Assembly (NCBI GenBank): GCA_965199715.1
Contig: OZ241322.1
Coordinates: forward strand, 1,600,001-1,664,000
Origin: Vicinamibacteria bacterium
Lineage (GTDB): Bacteria > Acidobacteriota > Vicinamibacteria > Marinacidobacterales > Marinacidobacteraceae
DNA length: 64,000 nucleotides
Direction of reading: 5' to 3'
Shown here: positions 32,401 to 40,677 of the stretch, piece after piece
Layout: each line of letters opens with the position of its first letter
How positions within the stretch are numbered: the first letter of the stretch is position 1
The notes under the pieces: model-generated
Database searches by the model: none
The model's input: the letters and a program-made list of their open reading frames with translations, nothing else
What the model was told of the DNA's origin: nothing
Program-made: the position numbers and the translations under genes

Positions 32401-32478
32401 GGGAGTCCAGTCCTGGGCGGCCGCGGGAAGCGCGACGAGGGCGGCGAGGGTGATCGCGAGAAGCGGTCGGATGCGCAT
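29377..32478 (-). CDS. Secreted VPS10/sortilin-like BNR-repeat glycosyl hydrolase-like protein
   Basis: Signal peptide, WRNIGPLRGGR, many SxDGGxTW Asp-box repeats, GTHGRGFWILDD. Confidence 0.9.
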   Translation of the reverse strand: MRIRPLLAITLAALVALPAAAQDWTPEPHSIRTLEWRNIGPLRGGRSLSCTGSPGRRHEYYFGATGGGLWKTLDSGTTWFPVTDGQITSSSIGAVAVAETNPDVIFIGGGETQLRGSITQGDGVYKSADGGKTWRHVGLADTQAIARIRIHPVNPDVVYVAALGHPYGDNEERGVFRSTDGGNTWERVLFESPRAGAADLVIDRTNPDILYATLWQVYRKAWKMWGGGPDSGLWRSDDGGDTWTELTANPGMPEGPIGKIGVAVSPANPDRVWAIVEAPEGGVFRSEDGGATWRLTNDERKLRQRAFYYSRVYADPVDEDVVYALNTGFYKSVDGGETFDIVLRPPHGDQHDLWIDPNDPMRMCNANDGGGNVSVNGGETWTGQAYSTAQLYHVNVTNDFPYHVCGAQQDNTTLCTPSDGWDHMQARGPGSRWYYDAGGGESGYITQHPTNLDVFYAGSQGALLTRYDRSNGQIRDIQVYPRFFSGEPASALPDRWQWTFPIVFSPLDENRLYTSSQFLYFTENDGQSWTKISPDLTLADPDTLGVTGGLITMDMNGPEIYATIFAVVPSRHDPDTIWVGSDDGLLHVTRDHGATWTEITPPDLPKYSRVSIIDESPHREGTAFFAANRYQVDDREPYVYRTTDFGATWTKIVEGVASGHFARAVREDPVREGLLFLGTEHGAYFSMNDGDRWESLQLNLPDTPIRDLVVHRGDVVLGTHGRGFWILDDIEPLRQMDAATPNATLAVFDPAPGVRGVQDAIIQYHLAEEVEKVVVEIHDSSGELADRFEGIEPDFEAAPDFSWFRARRSTVPTTARGLNRFVWNGRYRGAVGFEGMILWSARSENGPKAPPGTYRATVSAAGVSETVEFEWTADPRLKGVTTADLEEQFELASKIRDQTSRANEAVIQIRDVRAQLEERLEGASDQRLIASGAKLVEDMTGVEEALYQTQNRSNQDPLNFPIRLNNRLASLRRSVENGDAKPTDGAWAVFEELTGELDGHLETLGELLGDGLDGVNEGLSEPVDPDRWRESGN

Positions 32479-32549
32479 TTCGGGTTCCTCCGGGCGTTGT
32501 CCACCGAAGAATATGCGGCGTCCGGGCGCTGCTAGGCTTATGCGCGTCC

Positions 32550-32810
32550 ATGGCCAACCGCTCCCGTCAGACCTTTCTCAAGCGCCGCAAGGAGAAGGAA
32601 CGGGTCGCGAAGCAGCGCGCCAAGGAGCTGCGCCGCCGCGAGCGGGCGATCGAGAAGGAGCAGGAAGCCCGGAGTTACCGAGGCGCGGATCGCGATCTCG
32701 AAGGGATCACCGCCGGGCCGCAGGACCCGGTCTGGAAGATGGCCGGCGTGCTGACCGAGGACGAGGTGCAGGCCCTCGAGGCCGAGGAAGAGGAAGAGGA
32801 AGAGTCCTGA
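32550..32810 (+). CDS. Small charged hypothetical protein (basic N-terminus, poly-Glu C-terminus)
   Basis: 86-aa ORF with typical codon usage; extended -10-like TGcTAGGCT 11 nt upstream. Confidence 0.75.
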   Translation: MANRSRQTFLKRRKEKERVAKQRAKELRRRERAIEKEQEARSYRGADRDLEGITAGPQDPVWKMAGVLTEDEVQALEAEEEEEEES

Positions 32811-33295
32811 CGGCCGCGACGCCCTCGATCGCGGCGGGAGCGCGGGCGCTCGTCGAGCTTCGCCCGCTGCTCGTCGGTGAGTATCGCCCGCATCCGGGCG
32901 CGGGCGTCCCGGCGCAGCACCGCGATCTCGGCCTGCGAGCGTCCGAGCCTCTCGCCCAGCTCGCGGATCCGGTCATCGCCGGCTTCCGCGTCGCGGGCGG
33001 CCTCGCCCAGGTCCCGGCGGGCGACGGCGACGGCGCGGCGCTGGTCGCGCATCCGGTCGCTCGACTCGCGCATGGCCTCGCGCATCCGGTCGCGCTGCTC
33101 GTCCGTGAGTTCGAGCTGGCGCGCCATCCGCCCCAGTGCGCGACGGACCTCGTCGAGCCGCCCGCGGCGGTGGTCGCGCTGCTCCATCCGGCGGCCGCGC
33201 TGCGCTTCGGGCGCGCCGAACGCCGTGGTCCCGATCAGTGCGGCGCCGCCAAGAAGCAGGCCCCCGACAAGGACCCTCGTGGCGGTGAGTTTCAT
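32675..33295 (-). CDS. Spy/CpxP/ZraP family periplasmic chaperone-like protein
   Basis: Signal peptide; two LTxxQ motifs (LELTDEQR, ILTDEQR); AAAGGAG SD. Confidence 0.85.
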   Translation of the reverse strand: MKLTATRVLVGGLLLGGAALIGTTAFGAPEAQRGRRMEQRDHRRGRLDEVRRALGRMARQLELTDEQRDRMREAMRESSDRMRDQRRAVAVARRDLGEAARDAEAGDDRIRELGERLGRSQAEIAVLRRDARARMRAILTDEQRAKLDERPRSRRDRGRRGRQDSSSSSSSASRACTSSSVSTPAIFQTGSCGPAVIPSRSRSAPR

Positions 33296-33342
33296 TGGCG
33301 TCTCCTTTCGCCGGGTTCCGCCCGGCGGTCTGTGGCAGGAAT

Positions 33343-33358
33343 CGCAAGGCGCGTGCCG
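33343..33358 (-). promoter_or_regulatory. Putative sigma54 (-24/-12) promoter
   Basis: Minus strand CGGCACGCGCCTTGCG = GGCACG-N4-TTGC, about 48 nt upstream of the Spy-like start. Confidence 0.7.
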
Positions 33359-33381
33359 CGGGATAGACTTGCGGGTTGGCT

Positions 33382-33455
33382 GGCGGGGTAGCTCAGTCGG
33401 TCAGAGCGAAGGACTCATAACCCTTAGGTCGGCGGTTCAAGTCCGCCCCCCGCTA
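33382..33455 (+). tRNA. tRNA-Met(CAT), probably elongator; CCA not encoded
   Basis: GGCGGGG/CCCCGCT acceptor stem, D arm, CT-CAT-AA loop, GGCGG-TTCAAGT-CCGCC T arm. Confidence 0.92.
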
Positions 33456-33482
33456 CCCCCTCCGCTTGGGAGGAGCCTCCTC

Positions 33483-33794
33483 ATGCAACGCAACTTCCAG
33501 ATCAAGGCCAACCGGGACGCCAAGTGTCCCAGCGTGTACGCGAACTACTGCGAGGCCACCCACTCCCCGTTCGACATCACCCTCACCTTCTGCACCCTCA
33601 CCGGGGTCCAGCCGGAAGACGTGGTCCAGGAGGACGAGGGCGGCCCGACCGTCTTCGCCGACCCGCAGATGCGGGTCACGGTTCCGGTCGCCATGGTGCC
33701 CGCGCTCATCAAGATGCTCACCTTGCAGATGCGCGCGATGGAGGAGAACGAGGGCGGCGGACGGCCGGCTCCGGGAACCGCCAAGCTCCACTGA
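33483..33794 (+). CDS. DUF3467-like small protein
   Basis: VYANYCEATHSPFDITLTF motif; GGGAGGAG SD just after the tRNA. Confidence 0.75.
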   Translation: MQRNFQIKANRDAKCPSVYANYCEATHSPFDITLTFCTLTGVQPEDVVQEDEGGPTVFADPQMRVTVPVAMVPALIKMLTLQMRAMEENEGGGRPAPGTAKLH

Positions 33795-33799
33795 ACCAC

Positions 33800-34240
33800 G
33801 TGGCGGATTTCACGCTGGGCGAGAGCCCGCCGAAGCGGCGCAGCGAGCGGGAGGCGGCGCTCGACCGCCTGCGAGCGATCCGGGAGACCGAGGGAGGCCG
33901 TTCCAACCGCATGAAGCGGCTGCAAGTCGCCCTCGTGTGCGTCTGCCTCGGCGTCGGAAGCCTGCAGGGGTGGTTCTGGCTCCAGTTGCTCGCGATTCCG
34001 GCGGCGTTGGCGTGCTGGTGGCTCGACGACGGCGTCGCCCAGGCCGAGGAGCGGTTCGCCCGGCTCTACGACCGGGTCCAGAGCGGAGCGACCTCTCCGC
34101 CGCTCATGGGCGAGGAGGCCGACGCCGCCCAGGCGCTGCCGCCGCCCGACGAGTCCTCGACGCCGCTGCTGCGGGTCCCGGGCGCCGGATTCCACGCCCT
34201 GATGCTCGCGATCTCGATCGGCTTCAACCTGTTTCTGTAG
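33800..34240 (+). CDS. Hypothetical membrane protein
   Basis: About 3 hydrophobic segments; WWLD...EERFARLYDRV motif. Confidence 0.65.
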   Translation: MADFTLGESPPKRRSEREAALDRLRAIRETEGGRSNRMKRLQVALVCVCLGVGSLQGWFWLQLLAIPAALACWWLDDGVAQAEERFARLYDRVQSGATSPPLMGEEADAAQALPPPDESSTPLLRVPGAGFHALMLAISIGFNLFL

Positions 34241-34472
34241 GCGGCGGGATCTCCAGCCGATCCTCGATCAGCATGATCGGGATCCCGTCGCGCACCGGGT
34301 AGAGCACCTTTCCGTCCGCGCGCACCAGACCCTCGGTCACTTCGGGCCGGCCGGCAAGCCGCCCGTCCCGGATCGCCTCGTTCACGCGGTCGAGCACGTC
34401 CGGCGGGGCCGGATGGACCGGCTGCCGATCCTCCGGACAACAGAGGACATCGAGAAGCTCGCGGTCGATCAC
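34224..34472 (-). CDS. Trm112 family protein
   Basis: LLDVLCCPEDR...LYPVRDGIPIMLIE. Confidence 0.85.
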   Translation of the reverse strand: MIDRELLDVLCCPEDRQPVHPAPPDVLDRVNEAIRDGRLAGRPEVTEGLVRADGKVLYPVRDGIPIMLIEDRLEIPPPTETG

Positions 34473-34483
34473 TTGGGGCGCGG

Positions 34484-34566
34484 TGCCGGAGGAGGGGGTC
34501 GAACCCTCACGATCCGGGGATCGCGGGATTTTGAGTCCCGTGCGTCTGCCATTCCGCCACTCCGGC
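34484..34566 (-). tRNA. tRNA-Leu(CAA); CCA not encoded
   Basis: GCCGGAG...CGGGA-CTCAAAA-TCCCG, long variable arm, GGTTCGAC T loop, CTCCGGC-A end. Confidence 0.93.
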
Positions 34567-35433
34567 GTTCCCGGCACGGGCGGCGGAGTCTAGCAAAGGC
34601 CTCGGACTCACGAGGCCCCTCTCGAACACCGGCCGCCGGGTGATGACGAGTTCAGGAATCCGGTTGTGATGGCCATTCTTCATCAGGACGCGAACCGCGT
34701 GGAAGCCGTGCCGCTCGACCAGCGCGACGATCTCCGGGGCCTCGTCGTAGGTGACCATGAAGTCCGCCTCGCCCTCTGCGAGTAACGCGAACAGGCGCTG
34801 GTGGTCCAGATCATGGTGGGCGTAGAGCCGGCGCCCGGCTCGCTTGCCGCCCGCCGTATAGGGCGGATCCGCGAACACGGCCGCGCCGGCCGGCGGATTC
34901 TCCAGAAGGGCCATCCCGTCTCCCTCACGGAAGTCGATGCGATCCCGGTGGTCGTGGATGGCCTCGAGGCGCGCCGCGAGCGTCTCCGGGTACCAACGCG
35001 ACCGGAGGCCCCTGCCCGCCTCGCCGTTCCGGGTGAACGCCGCTCCGGGCGCGAGCACTCCGCCGCGCCGGGTCCGGTTGAGGACCAACGTCCGAAAACC
35101 ACGATCCAAGACTCCTTCCGGCTGCGCTTGCGCGAGCGCTGCGACCGACGACGGCGAGAACGGGAACCGCCGGACCCACTCGGCGAGGGCGGGGCCGCAG
35201 CCGAGCGCCGCACGCCAGAACGCCGCGACATCGGGGTCCCGCTCGGCCATCAGGCACCGTTCGGCCCACCCTTCCATCACCGCGCTCAGCGAGACGATCC
35301 CGCCGCCACAGAACGGCTCGATCAGGAGGCGGGGCCGGGGCCGCCGCCCGGTGAGCCAGGCGCGGACATGCGGGATGAGCCATGTCTTGCCGCCCGGATA
35401 CCGGAGCGGACTGCGCTGGGCAACCGAGGCCAC
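34507..35433 (-). CDS. Dam-like (D12 class) DNA adenine methyltransferase
   Basis: SPLRYPGGK, EPFCGGG, DPPY motifs. Start approximate; the frame runs into tRNA-Leu. Confidence 0.88.
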   Translation of the reverse strand: MASVAQRSPLRYPGGKTWLIPHVRAWLTGRRPRPRLLIEPFCGGGIVSLSAVMEGWAERCLMAERDPDVAAFWRAALGCGPALAEWVRRFPFSPSSVAALAQAQPEGVLDRGFRTLVLNRTRRGGVLAPGAAFTRNGEAGRGLRSRWYPETLAARLEAIHDHRDRIDFREGDGMALLENPPAGAAVFADPPYTAGGKRAGRRLYAHHDLDHQRLFALLAEGEADFMVTYDEAPEIVALVERHGFHAVRVLMKNGHHNRIPELVITRRPVFERGLVSPRPLLDSAARAGNAGVAEWQTHGTQNPAIPGS

Positions 35434-36393
35434 GTTCGCCGCCGGGATGGGGGAGACGGGGATGCACTCGGTCAGGCCCGCCGCTCCGCCACGATGTACT
35501 TCTGAGCGACAAGACTCTCCCCCGGGGTGCGCCATGCGTCGCGGCCCTCGCCCGCTGGAGAACACTGTGAGCGGCGGCCAACTAGCCCGCCAACGGTTGC
35601 TCATAGAGAGTTAGGTTCATCGGTTTGCCCGTGTACGGATCCGCCAATGGCGGTAAGTTCGGCCTGGTGTTCCGTCGGAAATGGTCCTCCACCGACCAGA
35701 ATTGCAATCTCGGATAAGTCGTCGTCGCCCCTTCCAACACGAAGCGTCCGGCACCGCGAAACTCGGCCTCCATGCCAGTAGTCCAATTCCTTCCCAGCGT
35801 GATGAACACACCGGCGACCGCGCCCTCACGTTCCAACACCTGACCAAACGCACGAACGTTATCCATCGACGGTCGTCCCGACTTTACTTGGGCGAGAACG
35901 AGTTTGCGTTCGTAGTTCTCCGCCTTGTTGAGAAGAGTGCCTCTCCCGTCAAGACCACCGTCGCCAACCTGCTTCGTGTTCGGGACCATACCATCCACCA
36001 GATTGATCGCCCAAGTTTCAAACGGGCCGTATTTCTTTTGTTTTACCATGAATTTCGCGGACTCGTAGTCAACGGGTATGCCTTCTGTCTCACACGGCAC
36101 GCCGACTCGCCGCAGCCGACGCTTCATAACAGTCTCGACGGCGAATACTGATATGTCGATCCCTGCCCAGCGCCGCCCGGTCCGCTGCGCGGCCATCACC
36201 GTTGTTCCACAACCACAGAAGGGATCCAAGACCAAATCACCTGGCTGAGTCGACATCTCGATGATTCGCTCGAGAAGCGGCGCTGGCTTTTCCGTCGGAT
36301 ACCGGTTCTCACGCTTTCCGCGCACTTGTTCCACATCGGTCCAGAGATCCATTACCTTGACGCCGGCTGCCGGATCGTGGTACTTCTTGTAAC

Positions 36394-37611
36394 GGAAGGT
36401 CTGAATATCGCCGGGTTTCCGGCGTTGCACGCATGATTCCCGAGGCGAGACGTCAAGTCTCGGGCGATACGAGGAATATGAAGCGCTATTCCGGGAAACG
36501 CCGGCGTCGTCCCGGCGCAACGTCCCGTGCGTTCATGCGCCCGACGCCGTGAACCGCACGGCGGGCGCACCCGTCCCCTACGCCGGCGGCGCCCGCAACA
36601 GCGTTCGTCGCGCCGAGTACAGGTTCACCAGCGCGAACGGCGCCTTGATGTGACGCGCGTTCTTCGCGAGGCCCCGGAAGCGCGTCTTCCGGAACCCGAA
36701 CACGCGCTTCAGCACCAGGAACGGATGCTCCGCCCGCGCCCGCACCCGCGACTTCGTCCGGTTCCCGCGCCGCTCCTTCTCCGTGAGCGGTCGGTTCCGG
36801 GCCGCCTCGCTCAGCGTGTGGTCCTGCGCCCGAGGCGCGGCGGCCCGGATCCTCGCCTTCCGGCCCACGTACGCCTTGTCGCCCCACACCTTGGTCTCGG
36901 CCCCGTGGAGCAGCTTCCCCACGACCCGGGAGTCATGGACGTTGGCCGGGGTCACCTCCGCCGCGTGGACGTACTTCGACCGGGAGTCCATCCCGATGTG
37001 CGCCTTCAAGCCGAAGAACCACCGGCCGCCCTTGTGCGTGCGCCCCATCTCCGGGTCCCGCTTCCGATCCCGGTTCTTCGTCGACGTGGGCGCGTCCACG
37101 ATGGTCGCGTCGACCACCGTCCCGCGCCGCACCAGGACGCCCGACTTCCCGAGGCGCTCTCCGACGACCTTCAGGATCGCCTCCCCGAAGCCGCGCCGCT
37201 CGAGGAGCCCCCGGAACTTGCAGATCGTGGTCTCGTCGGGCGCCCGCTCCCGTCCGAGGTCGATCCCCGCGAACGTCCGCATGGCGCGCGAGTCGTGCAA
37301 CTGCTCCTCCGCCCTGGGATCGGAGAGGTCGAACCAGCACTGCAGCAGATAGATCCGCAACATCCGCTCCAGCCCGATGGGCGGACGGCCGCGCTCCCCG
37401 GAGGGATACACGGGCTCGATCAGGTTGACCAGCTCGTCCCACGGGACGATCCGATCCATCTCCTCAAGAAACAGATCTCGCCGCGTCTTCTTCCGGAAAC
37501 GATCGAACCCCACCGTCGCGAATGTCCGCCGCCGCATCACCGTAACCTCCGGAAGAAACGAACATCGGCACTTTACCAGTGATCCGGTGTTGCGAATAAA
37601 TCAGACCTTCC
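36394..37611 (-). mobile_element. IS5-family insertion sequence, 1218 bp
   Basis: Terminal inverted repeats GGAAGGTCTGA (11 bp perfect); 4-bp target duplication TAAC at 36390-36393 and 37612-37615. Confidence 0.95.
36578..37540 (-). CDS. IS5 family DDE transposase
   Basis: FLEEMDRIVPW, PDETTICKFR, VDATIV, WFFGLKAHIG, GDKAY, RARAEHPF; frame intact. Confidence 0.95.
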   Translation of the reverse strand: MMRRRTFATVGFDRFRKKTRRDLFLEEMDRIVPWDELVNLIEPVYPSGERGRPPIGLERMLRIYLLQCWFDLSDPRAEEQLHDSRAMRTFAGIDLGRERAPDETTICKFRGLLERRGFGEAILKVVGERLGKSGVLVRRGTVVDATIVDAPTSTKNRDRKRDPEMGRTHKGGRWFFGLKAHIGMDSRSKYVHAAEVTPANVHDSRVVGKLLHGAETKVWGDKAYVGRKARIRAAAPRAQDHTLSEAARNRPLTEKERRGNRTKSRVRARAEHPFLVLKRVFGFRKTRFRGLAKNARHIKAPFALVNLYSARRTLLRAPPA

Positions 37612-38504
37612 TAACGAAAGATGTTGTTGGGACCTGCCACTAGCATTCCCTCCTCGTACATGCGCTGCATGCGTTCCTTCTTGAATCGCCATGCGCGGGT
37701 GATCCCCTTGAACTCGTACGGACGATTCCCACCCGCATCGTTAGTGCACGGGAACGTCGCGTATCGCCCCTTGTCGTCTGTGAAGCGATAGGTCTTCTTC
37801 ACGTACTCATCGCTATACGGTGTATATTGAATGTTGAAGGTCGTTGATGCTCGTCCGTAGTACAGAATGATGTCGTGAGCGCTGGGCATACGACGCGTCG
37901 CAAGATTGTGCTTCTCACCCTGCTTCCGGAACCAGACGATCTCGTTGCGGAACTGACTCGCCCCGAAGATCGAGTCCATGAGGACCTTCAGGTAGTGACT
38001 CGCAGTCGGATCGCAGTGAAGAAAGATGCTGCCTGTCGATCTCAATACGCGTGCGCAGGGGGCGAGTCGTTGTGCCATGTACGCGAGATAGGCGAGCATC
38101 CCAGATGGACCCAATATTTCGGCGAGGCCGCGAATGGCCTTGGATGCGGGATGACCGACTGCGTCACTGAGGTTCTCCACGGACTGCGCGGCCTCGTCGC
38201 TCCAATGCCACGTGTCTTGAAACGCCAACAACTGTGCGGACTTCCCGTTAGTGTCCGTTCCAAAGAGAATGTTGTAGTCCGTCTTGGAATTGAAGGGAGG
38301 ATCCAGATATATGAGATCTACCTGTCCGGGGAGCCAATGCTCCATGACCTTGAGACAATCTCCGTAATACAACGTGGATGGGCGAACAAGCCCCCCCGAA
38401 AATGTCATGGACTCCCTCCTCTACGTGGGTTCGCTGGCGCAGCTCGTAACGGACGGAGCGCCCATGCAGATGATTACATGACCGGGCACGCTGGCCCTCC
38501 GCGC

Positions 38505-39335
38505 TCAGTCGTCGAAGACGAACACCGGTTCGGGGTAGTGCCGCACCCGCCCGGTCTGGAAGCGCTCGGCCACCATGTCGGCGAGCCGGCGGCGCTTCTG
38601 GTCGAGCGGCAGGTCGGCGGTCAGGAACGACAGCGGCAGGTGGAAGCCGAGCACGCGGCAGGGCGCGAGGAGCCGCGTGACTCCCGACGGAAGACGCTCG
38701 CCCGCCTCGGCGAGCGCGCGCACCTCGTCGAGTCCGAACCCCGGGTAGCTCAGGACGCCTCCGAGGTCGGGGTGCGCGAGGCGCGCCTCGTCGAGGTCCC
38801 CCGTGGGCAGCCGCCCGAGGCGCGCCCGGGGATGCGTGTGCCGGTCGGCGATCGCCCGCAGCGCGGCCGCCCGCTCGGCGAGCGACGGGCCGCACGCGAA
38901 ACCGAAGCGCCGCCCGTCGGCCAGCGTCAACGCGCACGCGATCGTCGCGCCTTCGGGCGCGTCCCCGTCGTGGGCGGAGATTCCCGGCGGCGGATCGGCG
39001 AGCAGCGCGTCCGCCTCCGGACGGCGGATCACGTGGCGCCAGGTCTCGATCCCGAGCCGCGGATCGTCCCGCTCCTCGGTCTGGACGAGCGCGTGGGGGA
39101 CGCCGAGCCGCGCCAGCGCCTCCACCCGGTTCGCGCCGTCGAGGAGCAGCCGCCGCCCGCCCGAGAGCGCGGCCACGATCGGCGGGTTGCGCAGCGCCCG
39201 GTCGTCGCTGAGCCGCTCCAGCAGCGCCGCGACCCGCATCAGGTCGGTCGCCTCGTGGCGGAGGACGTCCGCGATCGGCAATACTTCCAGACGAGGAATT
39301 CCCGCCGGAACCGGCGCGGGCGAATCACTCTGCAC
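38505..39335 (-). CDS. ParB/sulfiredoxin-fold protein (SerK/SbnI-like)
   Basis: VLRHE..., LRNPPIV...LLDGANRVEAL; no HTH seen; C-terminal LPSGVTR motif. Confidence 0.7.
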   Translation of the reverse strand: MQSDSPAPVPAGIPRLEVLPIADVLRHEATDLMRVAALLERLSDDRALRNPPIVAALSGGRRLLLDGANRVEALARLGVPHALVQTEERDDPRLGIETWRHVIRRPEADALLADPPPGISAHDGDAPEGATIACALTLADGRRFGFACGPSLAERAAALRAIADRHTHPRARLGRLPTGDLDEARLAHPDLGGVLSYPGFGLDEVRALAEAGERLPSGVTRLLAPCRVLGFHLPLSFLTADLPLDQKRRRLADMVAERFQTGRVRHYPEPVFVFDD

Positions 39336-39399
39336 GGCGGCGAAGTGTAGGCGGCGAATCTCCGGGCGGATTGGTACGCTATTGGCCCCAGAAGCGAAC

Positions 39400-40620
39400 A
39401 TGCGGTTCCCGCGACTCCGGGTCCTTCTCCCGGCCCTCCTCGCCTTGGCGCCTCTCGTGGCGTGCGGCCCCTCGAGCAGCGACGCCGTGCGCATCGGCGC
39501 CGCCCTCCCCCTGAGCGGCCGGCACGCCAACGCCGGCAGTTTCCTGCGCAACGGATACCAGCTCGCGGTGGACGAGGCGAACGAGGCCGGCGGCGTGGTC
39601 ATCGACGGCCAACGTCGCCTCGTGGAGCTGATGATCTACGACGACAAGAGCGACCCCTCGATCTCGCCCAGCCTGCTCGAGCGGCTCATCGCGGTCGATG
39701 GCGTGGCCGCGCTGCTGTCCAGCTACAGCACCCCGCTGGTCCAGTCGCAGGTCATCGTGCCGATGCGCCGGGGCGTTCCGTTCGTGAACGCCGGGGGCGC
39801 GTCCCAGACGATCTTCCGGGAAGGGAACGAATGGGTCTTCGGGGTGCTCAGCCCGGTCATGTCCCTTGCCGAAACCACGCTCGACTGGCTGAGGTGGGAG
39901 CAGGACAACAAGCGTCTCGCGCAGCCGCTGCGGATCGCGCTGATCTGGCAGAACACCGACCACGGACGCGAGTACCGGGACGGGGTCCACCGGGTCATGG
40001 CGGCGCACCCCGGCCGTTTCGAGCTCGTGCTGGACGAGTCCTTCGAGCACCTCTCGAGCGACCACACGTCCCTCATCGTGAAGGTGCGCTCGGTGCAGGC
40101 GGACGTCTTCCTCTCGGATGCCCACGAGCCGGACTTCCTGCTGCAGCACCGGGCCTACATGGAGCAGGGCCTCGGCCACATCGCGGTGAGCTACGGGGCG
40201 CGCGGCCCCGAACGCTCGGTGCGGGAGGGACTCGGGGCGGCCGTCAGCAACCTCGTTTCCGCGCAGTGGTGGACGCGGCAGCTCCCCTATGCGCGTTCGC
40301 AGGAATTCGTCCGGACGTACGAGGGCCGGTTCGGCGGCCCCCTCACCGAGTACTACCCGGCAGTGGCCTACGAGGCGGCGCGGGTGCTCGTCCAGGCGAT
40401 CGACGAGGCCGGCTCGGTGGAGCCGACCGCCATCCGCGACGTCCTGAAGGGCATCGACCTCGACGACTCGTTGCTTCCGGGAGGCCGCCTCCACTTCCCG
40501 GCGGACTCCCGTTATCAGATCCGCAACCTATGCGTGATCGTGCAGAACCTCCCGGACGGCGGCGTGCAGATCGTGTATCCGCCCGACGCCGCGGAAGGGC
40601 CTGCCAACCTCTTCAACTGA
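39400..40620 (+). CDS. Branched-chain amino acid-type ABC substrate-binding lipoprotein
   Basis: Lipobox LVAC; IGAALPLSG, YDDKSDP. Confidence 0.88.
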   Translation: MRFPRLRVLLPALLALAPLVACGPSSSDAVRIGAALPLSGRHANAGSFLRNGYQLAVDEANEAGGVVIDGQRRLVELMIYDDKSDPSISPSLLERLIAVDGVAALLSSYSTPLVQSQVIVPMRRGVPFVNAGGASQTIFREGNEWVFGVLSPVMSLAETTLDWLRWEQDNKRLAQPLRIALIWQNTDHGREYRDGVHRVMAAHPGRFELVLDESFEHLSSDHTSLIVKVRSVQADVFLSDAHEPDFLLQHRAYMEQGLGHIAVSYGARGPERSVREGLGAAVSNLVSAQWWTRQLPYARSQEFVRTYEGRFGGPLTEYYPAVAYEAARVLVQAIDEAGSVEPTAIRDVLKGIDLDDSLLPGGRLHFPADSRYQIRNLCVIVQNLPDGGVQIVYPPDAAEGPANLFN

Positions 40621-40677
40621 CCCATCGCGTGGCGGACGCCGCCGCGCCGCCGGAACGCAGCCAGGATCGACCGCGCC

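Larger units (their letters stand above)
35582..38408 (-). pseudogene. Beta-class N6/N4 DNA methyltransferase fused to an Mrr-like endonuclease domain, interrupted by IS5
   Basis: 5' part has YLDPPF; 3' part has YPTEKP, DPFCGCGTT and GDGGLDG...AQVK. Removing 36394-37611 plus one TAAC restores a 534-aa frame (...NIFRYKKY...). Confidence 0.9.

Noticed and set aside
33382-33455. tRNA(CAT) as initiator or Ile2 (TilS substrate)
   Set aside because: It has a G1-U72 pair and lacks three consecutive G-C pairs in the anticodon stem. The acceptor starts GGCGG without the C4/C5 TilS determinants, so elongator Met fits best.
33382-38480. tRNA-integrated prophage or ICE
   Set aside because: No integrase, phage or conjugation genes, and no duplicated tRNA 3' end seen.
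38505-39335. ParB partition system
   Set aside because: No parA, no HTH and no parS-like palindrome seen.
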